From Halieaceae bacterium (GTDB taxonomy: Bacteria > Pseudomonadota > Gammaproteobacteria > Pseudomonadales > Halieaceae), in the NCBI GenBank assembly GCA_028280635.1, contig JANQLM010000012.1, positions 8,799 through 72,798 of the forward strand: DNA of 64,000 nt, read 5' to 3'. The position numbers and the translations under genes are program-made. Position 1 is the first letter of the stretch. Every line of letters begins with the position of its first letter. The notes under the pieces were generated by a model. That model saw only the letters and a program-made list of their open reading frames with translations. It made no database searches and had not been told where the DNA came from. Positions 52,984-62,070 of the stretch are shown here, piece after piece.

Positions 52984-54144
52984 GTGGGCGAGCTGCACTT
53001 TCATCCCGAAGCCCTGATCGAGTCGGCCATGGAGGCCACCGGGCTCAACGACTTTGGCGAGATGCCGGTGCGCCCGGGTCTCGAGGTGCTGTGCGAGACC
53101 TACGAGCGCAACGTCACCGACCCGGAGGGACGCCAGCGCTGCCGCGAGCGTCTTATCAACCTGCTGAGCGTGCGGCTGCGTTGTGAACGCGCCTTCCGCG
53201 ACATCCCCGCGGTGCAGGAACAGCAGATTGTTGCGCCGATCTTCGTCACCGGCCTGCCGCGCTCAGGCACATCTGCATTGATCAACCTGCTGAGCCGAGC
53301 CCCTGAGAATCGCGGCCTGCTGCAGTGGGAAGTACAGTTCCCGGATCCCTGGCCGGAATCCCAGCCGGGTCAGGTGGACCCACGCTACGGCTACCTGGTG
53401 AAGGCACTGGAGGAAAACCAGGACCCGGAGTTCCGCAAGATTCACTACGTGGATGCCGACACCCCGGAGGAGTGTTGCCTCATACACTCCTACGCTTTCA
53501 GCGGCGTGCAGCTGGGCTTCGAGATCATGCTGGAGCCCTACCGCAGCTGGTTTCTGGAGCAGGACCTGACACCGCTGTACCGCTACCAGAAACGCCTGCT
53601 GCAACTGCTCAACTGGCGCAACCCCGGCCACTGCTGGGTGCTGAAGGCGCCGGCCCATATGTGGGCCATCGATACCATCTTCTCGGTGTTCCCGGACGCG
53701 CGCTTCGTCTGGTGCCATCGCCAGCCGCTGCCGGTGGTGGCCTCGATCAACAGCATGAACCGGCAGGTCATGCGGATGTACGCCGGCGATACCGGTCACC
53801 TGTCCCAGGCCGATATCGGCCGCGCGGTCATGGATTGGTATGCCATGTCGCTGGAGCGCGGGCTGGCGGCACGGAGCCGCCATCCGGCGGAGCGCTTCGT
53901 CGATTGTTCCCAGGCGGAGATCGCCGCTTCGCCGATGACGGTCGTTGAGCGCATCTACCAGAGCTTCGGCCTGGAACTGGGCAAGGGCTCTCGCGCTGCC
54001 ATGCAGGCCTACATCGACAACAACCCGAAGGGGAAACACGGTAAGCACGTCTACGACCTGGCGGCTTTCGGCCTTGGCGAGTCAGACGTGCGGGAGCGCT
54101 TCGCTTTTTATTTACAGGACGACCGCTGGCCCATCAGCGACTAG
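52984..54144 (+). CDS. Cytoplasmic sulfotransferase-family protein
   Basis: 386 aa with a GTG start. The PAPS 5'-phosphosulfate-binding loop is GLPRSGTSALINLL. A candidate 3'-phosphate motif is FVWCHRQPLPVVASINS. Confidence 0.7.
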   Translation: MGELHFHPEALIESAMEATGLNDFGEMPVRPGLEVLCETYERNVTDPEGRQRCRERLINLLSVRLRCERAFRDIPAVQEQQIVAPIFVTGLPRSGTSALINLLSRAPENRGLLQWEVQFPDPWPESQPGQVDPRYGYLVKALEENQDPEFRKIHYVDADTPEECCLIHSYAFSGVQLGFEIMLEPYRSWFLEQDLTPLYRYQKRLLQLLNWRNPGHCWVLKAPAHMWAIDTIFSVFPDARFVWCHRQPLPVVASINSMNRQVMRMYAGDTGHLSQADIGRAVMDWYAMSLERGLAARSRHPAERFVDCSQAEIAASPMTVVERIYQSFGLELGKGSRAAMQAYIDNNPKGKHGKHVYDLAAFGLGESDVRERFAFYLQDDRWPISD

Positions 54145-55013
54145 GCGGTGTGCTGGGTAGTCATCCAGGCGCACATCAATTCCATGGAGCGCTGCTGGCC
54201 GTCGGTGGGCCCTTCCGAGCAGACAAAGCCGTGCTCCTCCCGCAGGAACAGCTCGTGCACGCACTCCACACCATGGTCTGACAGCTTCTGTGCGTACTCG
54301 GCGCCCTCATCCCTCAGTGGATCCAGACCGGCGGTAATCACCAGGGCCGGCGGCAGGTTTGTCGGCAGCGGGTGTAACAGGGGGGTGGCGCGGGGGTCGA
54401 TGTCTCCGTCGCTGGTCTCGCGCGCCGCACCCAGGTAGTTGCGCCAGAACCACTGCATCATCGAATAGGTCAGCACATGGCCTTTTGCGTTTTCCTCCAT
54501 GGAGCGCGTGGGCGGGGTACAGTGCCGCACCGCCGGGTAGATCAGCAGTTGTCCGGCGATGGCGCCCGGCAGTTCCGGCGCCAGGGTATTGCTGACAACC
54601 GCTGCCAGGTTGCCACCGGCGCTGTCACCGGCCACGAATACCGGCGCCGCCCCCGCCAGGCTGGCACGCTGTTCGACTATCCAGCGGGTGGCGGCAACAC
54701 AGTCATCGACGGCGGCGGGGAAGGGGTGCTCCGGGCCCAGTCGGTAGTCGATAGCGATCACCGTGGCCCTGGCGTCCAGCGCCAGCCGGCGGCAGAAGGG
54801 GTCGTGGGTGTCCAGGTCGCCGATGGTCCAGCCGCCGCCGTGGTAGTACACCAGCAGACGCTCATCGCCGGCGCGGTACTCGCGGGCGGGAATGCCATCG
54901 GCCACGTTCAGGTCGCGAGCACTGACCGCCGACAGGTCCACACCTTTCCAGGCCCGCCGATTCATCAGCCGGTAGACCCAGCGGAAACCGCGCACCTTGA
55001 GCCAGTTGAACAC
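54141..55013 (-). CDS. Alpha/beta hydrolase, hormone-sensitive-lipase (family IV) type esterase
   Basis: 290 aa with the oxyanion motif HGGGW, the nucleophile elbow GDSAGGNL, and distal DPLRDEG and HGF. Confidence 0.85.
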   Translation of the reverse strand: MFNWLKVRGFRWVYRLMNRRAWKGVDLSAVSARDLNVADGIPAREYRAGDERLLVYYHGGGWTIGDLDTHDPFCRRLALDARATVIAIDYRLGPEHPFPAAVDDCVAATRWIVEQRASLAGAAPVFVAGDSAGGNLAAVVSNTLAPELPGAIAGQLLIYPAVRHCTPPTRSMEENAKGHVLTYSMMQWFWRNYLGAARETSDGDIDPRATPLLHPLPTNLPPALVITAGLDPLRDEGAEYAQKLSDHGVECVHELFLREEHGFVCSEGPTDGQQRSMELMCAWMTTQHTA

Positions 55014-55017
55014 GGGG

Positions 55018-56751
55018 CTAACCGGAGAACGGGAACACGATGGGGATCAGGTACAGCGCGGTGACCGAGTAGATGATCGACACGGGCAGTCCGGCGCGCA
55101 TGTAGTCCCGGAACTCGTAACCCGCCAGGTTCTGCACCATCAGGTTGGTGGTGTAACCGTAGGGGGTGAGAAAGCTGGCGCTGGCGCCGAAGGCCACGGC
55201 CATCACAAAGGGCATCACGTCCAGCCCGTAGCTCTGGGCGAGGCCAAAGGCCAGTGGGAAAGACAGCGCCGCCGCTGCGTTGTTGGTCATGATTTCGGTC
55301 AGCGCCAGGGTCAGCAGAAAGATGCCGATCATGGCGCCGTAGGGTCCGATACCGGCCAGGTAGGTATGGAAGCCGTCGGTCAGCAGGCTCACCAGCCCGG
55401 AGTCATTGAGTACCTGTGCCCAGATCAAAGCCGAGGCGATGATCAGCCATAGCTCGAAGGGGAACCGGCGCTTCAGTTCCTCAGCGCTGACCGTGCCCAT
55501 CAGCAGCATGCCCGCCAGCAGAAACACCAGGCCCTTGAGCAATGGCAGTATTTCCAGGGTGGCCAGGGCGATGACCGCGAACAGGCCGCCGGAGATAAAC
55601 AGGTTCTCGCGCTGGCTGATGCCGCCGGCATTGACACCGTTTTGCACCACGAAGAAGTTCTTGGTGACATTGCGGCGGTCGCAGAAGTCGGGCCCGGTGG
55701 CCAGCATCAGGCGGTCACCGGCCTGCAGCACAATCTCCCCGAGCTTGCCGGACAGCCGTTTGCCGCCCCGGTGCATGCCGACTACGGCGGCATCGAACAG
55801 GGAGCGGAAGCCCGCCTCCTTGAGGCTCTTGCTCTCGACGTTGGCGTTGGGCATGACAATGACTTCGGTAAGGTTCTGTTGCAGCAGGCCTTCCTCGACG
55901 GCAAACATGTTCAGTCCCCGGAACTGGTCCAGCACCTGCAGCTGGTTGATGTCGCCGGAAAAGATCAGCTTGTCGCCGGGCTCGATCACCTCGGAGGGGC
56001 TGACCGGGCTGATCAGGTGATCGGCGCGCACGATCTCCACCAGAAACAGGGTTTCCAGGTCGCGCAGCTTGTTGTCGATCACCGACTTGCCCACCAGTGG
56101 CGAGTCGGCGGCGACCTCGGTCTCGATCAGGTATTCGGCTACCGTCACTTCCTCTGCGGCGTAGGCGGGCAGCGCTTTCTTGCTGGTGACCACGATCATC
56201 ACCAGGCCTAGGAAGGCCGCACTGGCGCCGACCATCAGGAAGTCGAAGAATGCCAGGCCCTGGCCGGTGGCGTCTTCCAGGAAGCTGGACACGATGAGGT
56301 TGGTGGACGTGCCGATCAGGGTCATGGTGCCGCCGAGGATGGCCATGTAGGACAGCGGGATCAGCAGTTTGGAGGCCGGGTGGTAGCCATTGTTGCGCAC
56401 CGTGGCCGCCAGGGTCGCTACCACCGCCGTGTTGTTGATGATGGCGGAGGACAGGGCGGTGACAAACCCGAGCCGCAGCAGGCTCTTCTTGTAGCCCTCA
56501 TCGATGAGCTTGCCCGACATGTCCTTGAGCCAGGTGACTTTCTCAACGCCTACCGACACCAACAGCAGCAGCATCAGCGTGACCAGGCCCGGATTGGCGG
56601 CCTTGCGCAGCACTTCCTCAGTGCTGACCAGGCCCAGCAGGTAGCAGGCCAGCATGGTCAGTGAAAACACCCAGGCGGCTGAAATGCGGGTGAACACCAG
56701 GCCGTAGATCAGCGCCAGAAACAGGCCCGCTGTGAGGAGTTGCTCGAACAT
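55018..56751 (-). CDS. SLC13/DASS-type permease with two central TrkA-C (RCK-C) domains
   Basis: 577 aa from the ATG at 56751 (MFEQLLTAGLFLALIYG). Two hydrophobic halves flank two TrkA-C-like repeats (PLVGKSVIDNKLRD... and ESKSLKEAGFRSLFDAAVVGMHRGG...). The listed 57222 start would run antisense through the next gene. Confidence 0.8.
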   Translation of the reverse strand: MFEQLLTAGLFLALIYGLVFTRISAAWVFSLTMLACYLLGLVSTEEVLRKAANPGLVTLMLLLLVSVGVEKVTWLKDMSGKLIDEGYKKSLLRLGFVTALSSAIINNTAVVATLAATVRNNGYHPASKLLIPLSYMAILGGTMTLIGTSTNLIVSSFLEDATGQGLAFFDFLMVGASAAFLGLVMIVVTSKKALPAYAAEEVTVAEYLIETEVAADSPLVGKSVIDNKLRDLETLFLVEIVRADHLISPVSPSEVIEPGDKLIFSGDINQLQVLDQFRGLNMFAVEEGLLQQNLTEVIVMPNANVESKSLKEAGFRSLFDAAVVGMHRGGKRLSGKLGEIVLQAGDRLMLATGPDFCDRRNVTKNFFVVQNGVNAGGISQRENLFISGGLFAVIALATLEILPLLKGLVFLLAGMLLMGTVSAEELKRRFPFELWLIIASALIWAQVLNDSGLVSLLTDGFHTYLAGIGPYGAMIGIFLLTLALTEIMTNNAAAALSFPLAFGLAQSYGLDVMPFVMAVAFGASASFLTPYGYTTNLMVQNLAGYEFRDYMRAGLPVSIIYSVTALYLIPIVFPFSG

Positions 56752-56838
56752 GGGGCGCCATGTTCCCCGACTGTGTGAGCAAACACAAGTCGCGGTGGGG
56801 CTGCTAGTATAGGCGGCCCCCAACAAGGAGAATTTGCC

Positions 56839-57288
56839 GTGGCGCAGAAGCCCATGACCCCTTCGGAATACCGCTTTGTAAAGGCTTTTATCCGGGTGTT
56901 TGCGAAGCTGAACGTACTGGTTTATCGGGCCAGCGGCGGCAGGCTCTGGAAGAAAGCCTTTGGCCGCCCCATATGCCTGGTTAAGATGACCGGCGCCAAG
57001 AGCGGCAAGCAACGCTGGACACCGGTGATGCACGTACCCTGGAAGGACGGCATTATCATCGTCGCCTCCCTGGGCGGCGCCCCGCGGCACCCGGCCTGGT
57101 ACTACAATCTTGTCGCCCACCCCGAGGTGGAAGTGCTGGTGAACGGCGAGCGCAAGCCGCTCACCGCCCGTGAAGTGTTCGGCGAGGAGAAGGCGGGCGT
57201 CTGGCCGACCTGCCTGGAGCACTACCCGCCCTATGCGGAATACCAGGCCAGGACCGACCGCGAGATTCCAGTTTTCATTTGCGAGTAA
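56839..57288 (+). CDS. DUF385 / deazaflavin-dependent nitroreductase (Ddn)-family small oxidoreductase
   Basis: 149 aa with a GTG start. Contains TGAKSGKQRWTPVM and GGAPRHPAWYYNLVAHPEVEV, typical of the split-barrel Ddn/DUF385 family. Confidence 0.7.
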   Translation: MAQKPMTPSEYRFVKAFIRVFAKLNVLVYRASGGRLWKKAFGRPICLVKMTGAKSGKQRWTPVMHVPWKDGIIIVASLGGAPRHPAWYYNLVAHPEVEVLVNGERKPLTAREVFGEEKAGVWPTCLEHYPPYAEYQARTDREIPVFICE

Positions 57289-57299
57289 AGAGAGAGTTA

Positions 57300-58487
57300 A
57301 TGAGTTTTTATCCCCCCCGTCGCACCCTGATGGGCCCCGGCCCCTCGGACGTCAATCCACGTATTACCAATGCCATGGCCCGGCCCACCATCGGCCATCT
57401 GGACCCGGCTTTCATCGAGCTGATGGAAGCGCTGAAGGGTCTGCTGCAATACGCTTTCCAGACCGACAATGCCTTGACGCTGCCCGTATCGGCGCCGGGT
57501 TCAGCGGGCATGGAGACCTGCTTCGTCAACCTGATGGAGCCCGGTGACAAGGCCATCATTTGCCAGAATGGCGTGTTTGGCGGCCGTATGAAGGAAAACG
57601 TCACTCGCCTGGGCGGTGAGGCCGTGATGGTGGAAGACGACTGGGGCACCGCTATCGACCTCAACGAGGTGCGCCAGGCCATCACCGACCATCCCGATGC
57701 GAAGGTGCTGGCTTTCGTGCACGCGGAAACGTCCACCGGCGTGCGCAGCGATGCGGGCGCCCTGTGCAAGCTGGCTTCCGATGCCGGCATGCTGTCGATC
57801 ATGGATACGGTGACCGGCCTGGGCGGCATCGAAGTGGCGGTGGACGCCTGGGGCGCCGATGCGGTGTACTCCGGCAGCCAGAAGTGCCTGTCCTGCACCC
57901 CGGGTCTGTCGCCGGTGACCATTTCCGAGCGCGCTGCTGACATCATCCGCAATCGCACACACCCGGTACAGAGCTGGTTCCTGGATCTCAATCTGGTAAT
58001 GGGTTACTGGGGCGGTGGAGAATCCGGTGGTGGCAAGCGTGCCTACCACCATACCGCACCCATCAATGCCCTCTATGGCCTGCACGAGGCGCTCACTATT
58101 CTCAAGGAGGAGGGTCTTGAGGCGTCCTTCGCTCGCCACCGCCTGAACCATGAGGCCCTCAAGGCGGGGCTGGAAGCCATAGGCCTGTCACTGGTCGTGA
58201 ATGAGGCCGACCGCCTGCCGCAGCTCAACCTGGTCAGTGTGCCCGAGGGTGTGGATGAGGCCGCTGTGCGCGGCATGCTGCTCAATGACTACAACCTGGA
58301 AATTGGCGCCGGTCTCGGTGCCCTGGCGGGCAGGGTCTGGCGTATCGGCCTGATGGGTTACGCCAGCAATCCCACCAATGTGCGCCTGTGCCTGGGTGCC
58401 CTGCAGCATGCGCTGGTGGCCCAGGGGCAGAACGTCAACGGAGCGGTGCGCGCCGCTGACGCGGTTTATACCGCCGCCGGCCAATAG
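57300..58487 (+). CDS. Class V aminotransferase (serine-pyruvate / alanine-glyoxylate type)
   Basis: MSFYPPRRTLMGPGPSDVNPRI, HAETSTGV, and the PLP-lysine region YSGSQKCL. ATG at 57300. Confidence 0.85.
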   Translation: MSFYPPRRTLMGPGPSDVNPRITNAMARPTIGHLDPAFIELMEALKGLLQYAFQTDNALTLPVSAPGSAGMETCFVNLMEPGDKAIICQNGVFGGRMKENVTRLGGEAVMVEDDWGTAIDLNEVRQAITDHPDAKVLAFVHAETSTGVRSDAGALCKLASDAGMLSIMDTVTGLGGIEVAVDAWGADAVYSGSQKCLSCTPGLSPVTISERAADIIRNRTHPVQSWFLDLNLVMGYWGGGESGGGKRAYHHTAPINALYGLHEALTILKEEGLEASFARHRLNHEALKAGLEAIGLSLVVNEADRLPQLNLVSVPEGVDEAAVRGMLLNDYNLEIGAGLGALAGRVWRIGLMGYASNPTNVRLCLGALQHALVAQGQNVNGAVRAADAVYTAAGQ

Positions 58488-58511
58488 ACAGTCGTCACCC
58501 CTTTTTGGTGA

Positions 58512-59684
58512 TTAGCGGTGCTGGGGCATTCCCAGCCCGTGGGTGGCGACCAGGCCGCGCAGAACTTCCACTACGCCGCCGCCGAAGGTGTTGATCAGGG
58601 AGCGGCGGTGTTCGTGTTCAAGATCGCCGTGCAGGATGGCGCCCTCGCTCTCCGCAGCGATCAGGCTGTGGGGGCCGACCACCTCCATCATCAGCTTGCA
58701 GACCTCCAGCATGACTTCCGTGGAGTAGACCTTCATGGCAGAGGGGAACACCGCATCTACCGGGTTGTTTTCCAGCCGCCAGGCCATGCGCGCGTTCATG
58801 ACTCGCATGGCCTCCAGGTAGGCGTAGACTTCGGCCAGGTTACGCTGTGCCATGGGGTCGTCAATGACCCGCCGACCCTCGGGGCCGCGCTGCTCCCGGG
58901 CCCAGGCCAGTACGCCCTTGAACAGCTTCCAGCCGTTGATGCCGAATGCGGCAAGCCCAACCCGCTCGTGGTTGAGCTGTGAGGTGATCAGGCGCCAGCC
59001 CTGGTTTTCCTGGCCGATGATCATGTCTAGCGGCACCTTGATGTCGGTGTAGTAGGACACATTGGTGCGCACGCCGCCCACCGTGTGGATGGGGCCGTAG
59101 GAAAAGCCCGGGTCGCTGGTGTCGACCACCAGGATGGAAATACCCTTGTGCTTGGGCGCGTCTGTGTCGGTGCGGGCGGCCAGGAACACGTAGTCGGCGG
59201 CCTCGGCGGAACTGGTATAGACCTTGCTGCCGTTGACCAGGTAGTGGTCATCCTGTTTCACCGCAGCGGTTTTCAGTGAGGCGAGGTCGGTGCCCGCTGC
59301 CGGCTCCGTGTAGCCGATGGCGAAGTGAGTTTCCCCGGCGGCAATGCCCGGCAGGAAGCGCTGCTTCTGCTCCTCGGTGCCGTGGTCCATCAGCGCCGGC
59401 CCTACCGTGTTCAGTGTGACGAAGGGGGTAGGGGCGCCGGCCAGCAGGGCCTCTTCGTAGCGGATGAGCTGCTCGCTCTCCGTCAAGCCGCGCCCGCCGT
59501 AGTCTTTGGGCCAGCCCAGGGCCAGCATGCCGTCCCTGCCCTGCTGGCGAATCAGCGACTTGTAGAGCTCACCGCCTTCGGCGCTGCGCAGGGCTTCGCG
59601 GTACTCGGGTTTAACGAGGTCGGTGAAGTACTCGCGCAGCTCCTTGCGCAGGGCTTTCTGGCTGTCGGTGTAGTCGACGAACAT
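58512..59684 (-). CDS. Acyl-CoA dehydrogenase family protein
   Basis: 390 aa from the ATG at 59684 (GAGGAGG Shine-Dalgarno). Starts MFVDYTDSQKALRKELREYF, with an ACAD middle beta-domain and C-terminal helical domain. Confidence 0.85.
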   Translation of the reverse strand: MFVDYTDSQKALRKELREYFTDLVKPEYREALRSAEGGELYKSLIRQQGRDGMLALGWPKDYGGRGLTESEQLIRYEEALLAGAPTPFVTLNTVGPALMDHGTEEQKQRFLPGIAAGETHFAIGYTEPAAGTDLASLKTAAVKQDDHYLVNGSKVYTSSAEAADYVFLAARTDTDAPKHKGISILVVDTSDPGFSYGPIHTVGGVRTNVSYYTDIKVPLDMIIGQENQGWRLITSQLNHERVGLAAFGINGWKLFKGVLAWAREQRGPEGRRVIDDPMAQRNLAEVYAYLEAMRVMNARMAWRLENNPVDAVFPSAMKVYSTEVMLEVCKLMMEVVGPHSLIAAESEGAILHGDLEHEHRRSLINTFGGGVVEVLRGLVATHGLGMPQHR

Positions 59685-59727
59685 GGGTGCGCCTCCTCGT
59701 TGCCGGCTATGGATAGCTGGCATATTA

Positions 59728-59749
59728 TTGATTTTGAATTCAAATTCAA
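59728..59749. promoter_or_regulatory. Near-perfect 22-bp palindrome, candidate TetR operator
   Basis: TTGATTTTGAATTCAAATTCAA is self-complementary except for one symmetric mismatch pair. It lies between the divergent ACAD and TetR genes. Confidence 0.45.
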
Positions 59750-59763
59750 CTATTTTCCTCCCC

Positions 59764-60462
59764 ATGACCTCCGCCAGCCATAAACTCACCCGCAGCGCTG
59801 ATGCTCGCAGTGCAAAAGGCGAACGGGCCCGCGCCCGCCTCAAGTCGGCGGCACTGGTGGTGTTGGAGCGCGAGGGTTATCACCGTATGCGCATTGCGGA
59901 TGTGACTCGTGAAGCCGGCGTCGCTCAGGGGCTGTTCTATCACTACTTCAGTGATCTCAAGTCACTGACCATCGAGGTGCTGGAAGACTTTATCAATCCG
60001 GCCCAGGATGTGGAGGACATCGAGCGCGGCGTGGAACGCGGCGATTGGTACGGTCGGATTTATGCCCATAACTTGCTGGTGGTAAGCAGCTATGCGCGTC
60101 GGCCGGGCGTGATGCGCTGCCTGCTGCAAATGGCGGATGAAGAGCCGGCGTTTTCCGCCCTGCTGCGCGAGTCCTACCGGGAGCAGCTGATGTGGCTGGT
60201 GAAGCTGTTGCCAAAGATGTTTCCCGAGGTGCGCTTCAAGCGCCACCAGGCCCTGGTCACGGTCTATGCCCTGGCCGGGATTGGCGAGGGCCTGCTGCGG
60301 GAGTACTTCATCAATGGCAGCGACACTCTGCGTGCGGCCAAGCTCTCCAGCGAACAGCTCGCGGAACTGCTCTCTACCATGTTCTACCGGGCCCTGTTTC
60401 TGGAGCACCCGCCCGCGGACAAGCTCAAGTACACCCGCAACCTCGCCGCCATGCGGCGATAG
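59764..60462 (+). CDS. TetR-family transcriptional regulator
   Basis: HTH region GYHRMRIADVTREAGVAQGLFYHYF. The ATG at 59764 is preferred over the listed 59683, which would overlap the ACAD start and the palindrome. Confidence 0.85.
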   Translation: MTSASHKLTRSADARSAKGERARARLKSAALVVLEREGYHRMRIADVTREAGVAQGLFYHYFSDLKSLTIEVLEDFINPAQDVEDIERGVERGDWYGRIYAHNLLVVSSYARRPGVMRCLLQMADEEPAFSALLRESYREQLMWLVKLLPKMFPEVRFKRHQALVTVYALAGIGEGLLREYFINGSDTLRAAKLSSEQLAELLSTMFYRALFLEHPPADKLKYTRNLAAMRR

Positions 60463-60507
60463 CTGCGCCCACTATTCAACGCTCAAAGCATTCGGAAGAT
60501 ATCGACT

Positions 60508-61659
60508 ATGGACTTCAGTTTCAGCGACGAACAGAACGCCATCCGCGAGCTGGCCGCGCAGATCTTCGGCGACCACGCCACCGATGAGGCCATGCAACAG
60601 TTCGCGCGCGGTGACGACACCTATAACGACGAGCTCTGGAAGGTGCTTGCCGAACAGGGCCTGCTGGGTATCGCCCTGCCGGAAACGGCGGGTGGCTCAG
60701 GGCTCGGCCTGGTGGAACTGTGCCTGGTGCTGGAAGAGCAGGGCCGGCGGGTGGCGCCGGTACCGCTGTTCTCCACCCTGGCACTGGGTGCCATGCCGCT
60801 CTGTGAATTCGCCAGCGAGGCCCTGCAGGCCGATTGGCTGCCGCGGATTGCCGCCGGCGAGGCGCGGCTTAGCGCCGCGATCGCCGAGATGAACATGAAC
60901 CCGGCGCTGCGAGTACCGGTTGCCCTGGAAAGAACCGGTGATGCCTGGGTGTTGAATGGCGCGCGCAGTATGGTGCCGGATGGCGCCAGCGCCGAGGCCA
61001 TCCTGGTGCCCGCCGTGGATGGTGAAGGCAACAAGACGCTGTTCCTGGTACCCACCGATGCCACCGGTGTCTTACTGACACCCGTCGACGTGAGCTTGTC
61101 GGGCCAGCGAGCGGCACACCTGTCGCTGGAGAATGTTGAGCTGGATGATGCGAACCGCGTGGGCGCTGTGGGCCAGGGCGGCGCCATCGTCGCCTGGCTG
61201 GAACAGCGCGCCGATGTGGCCCACTGCGCCATGCAGGTGGGGGTCACCGAAGAAGCCATGACCCGCACCGCGGCCTACCTGGGCGAGCGCGAGCAGTTTG
61301 GCCGGCCGCTGGGCAGCTTCCAGGCGCTGGCCATGCGCATGGCCGACAGCTATATCGACGTGGAAGCCATTCGCTCCACCTACTGGCTGGCGCTGTGGCG
61401 CCCCAGTGAGGGTGTAGACGCCCGCGCCGAGGTGCGGTCCGCCAAGTGGTGGGCCTGCGAGGCGGCCCACCGGGTGGTCTGCACCGCCCAGCACCTGCAC
61501 GGCGGTATTGGCGCCGACCTCGACTACCCGATCCACCGTTTCTTCCTGTTGGCCAAGCAGATCAGCTTCTCCCTGGGCAGCGCCGGTTCGCAGCTTGAGA
61601 AGCTCGGTCGCCTTCTCGCTGCCGACGATGTGCTCGGTTTCCACGCGATGGAGGTGTGA
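60508..61659 (+). CDS. Acyl-CoA dehydrogenase family protein (second, divergent copy)
   Basis: 383 aa starting MDFSFSDEQNAIRELAAQIF, with the ACAD C-terminal region QHLHGGIGADLDYPIHRFF. Confidence 0.8.
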   Translation: MDFSFSDEQNAIRELAAQIFGDHATDEAMQQFARGDDTYNDELWKVLAEQGLLGIALPETAGGSGLGLVELCLVLEEQGRRVAPVPLFSTLALGAMPLCEFASEALQADWLPRIAAGEARLSAAIAEMNMNPALRVPVALERTGDAWVLNGARSMVPDGASAEAILVPAVDGEGNKTLFLVPTDATGVLLTPVDVSLSGQRAAHLSLENVELDDANRVGAVGQGGAIVAWLEQRADVAHCAMQVGVTEEAMTRTAAYLGEREQFGRPLGSFQALAMRMADSYIDVEAIRSTYWLALWRPSEGVDARAEVRSAKWWACEAAHRVVCTAQHLHGGIGADLDYPIHRFFLLAKQISFSLGSAGSQLEKLGRLLAADDVLGFHAMEV

Positions 61660-62070
61660 ATGGACGCTACCCGAATCAAGCCGCCGCTGGGACATGACAA
61701 TGCCTGGTGGTGGGAGATGGCCGCCGAGGGCAAGCTGGGCATTCAATGCTGCAGCCAGTGCCAGACCCTGCGCCATCCGCCCAGGCCCATGTGCCATGTG
61801 TGTAACGCCACGGAGTGGCATACGGTCGAGGCCAGTGGCAAAGGCACGCTCTGTTCGTTCACCGTGCTGCGCCATCCGCAGTTTCCGGGTTACGAATACC
61901 CGCTGATTATCGTGTTGGTCGACCTCGAGGAGGGTACGCGGCTGACCTCCCAACTGGTCGACTGTGAACCCGAGGATGTGTCCTTCGGCATGCCGGTCAC
62001 CATGAAAATCCACGAGGATGCAGATGGCTTCAAGCTGCCGGTATTCGTGCCGGCGGGAGCTGTGGCATGA
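61660..62070 (+). CDS. Zn-ribbon / OB-fold protein (DUF35 family)
   Basis: 136 aa with the Cys4 ribbon CCSQCQTLRHPPRPMCHVCN, followed by an OB-fold region. The ATG directly follows the ACAD stop. Confidence 0.8.
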   Translation: MDATRIKPPLGHDNAWWWEMAAEGKLGIQCCSQCQTLRHPPRPMCHVCNATEWHTVEASGKGTLCSFTVLRHPQFPGYEYPLIIVLVDLEEGTRLTSQLVDCEPEDVSFGMPVTMKIHEDADGFKLPVFVPAGAVA

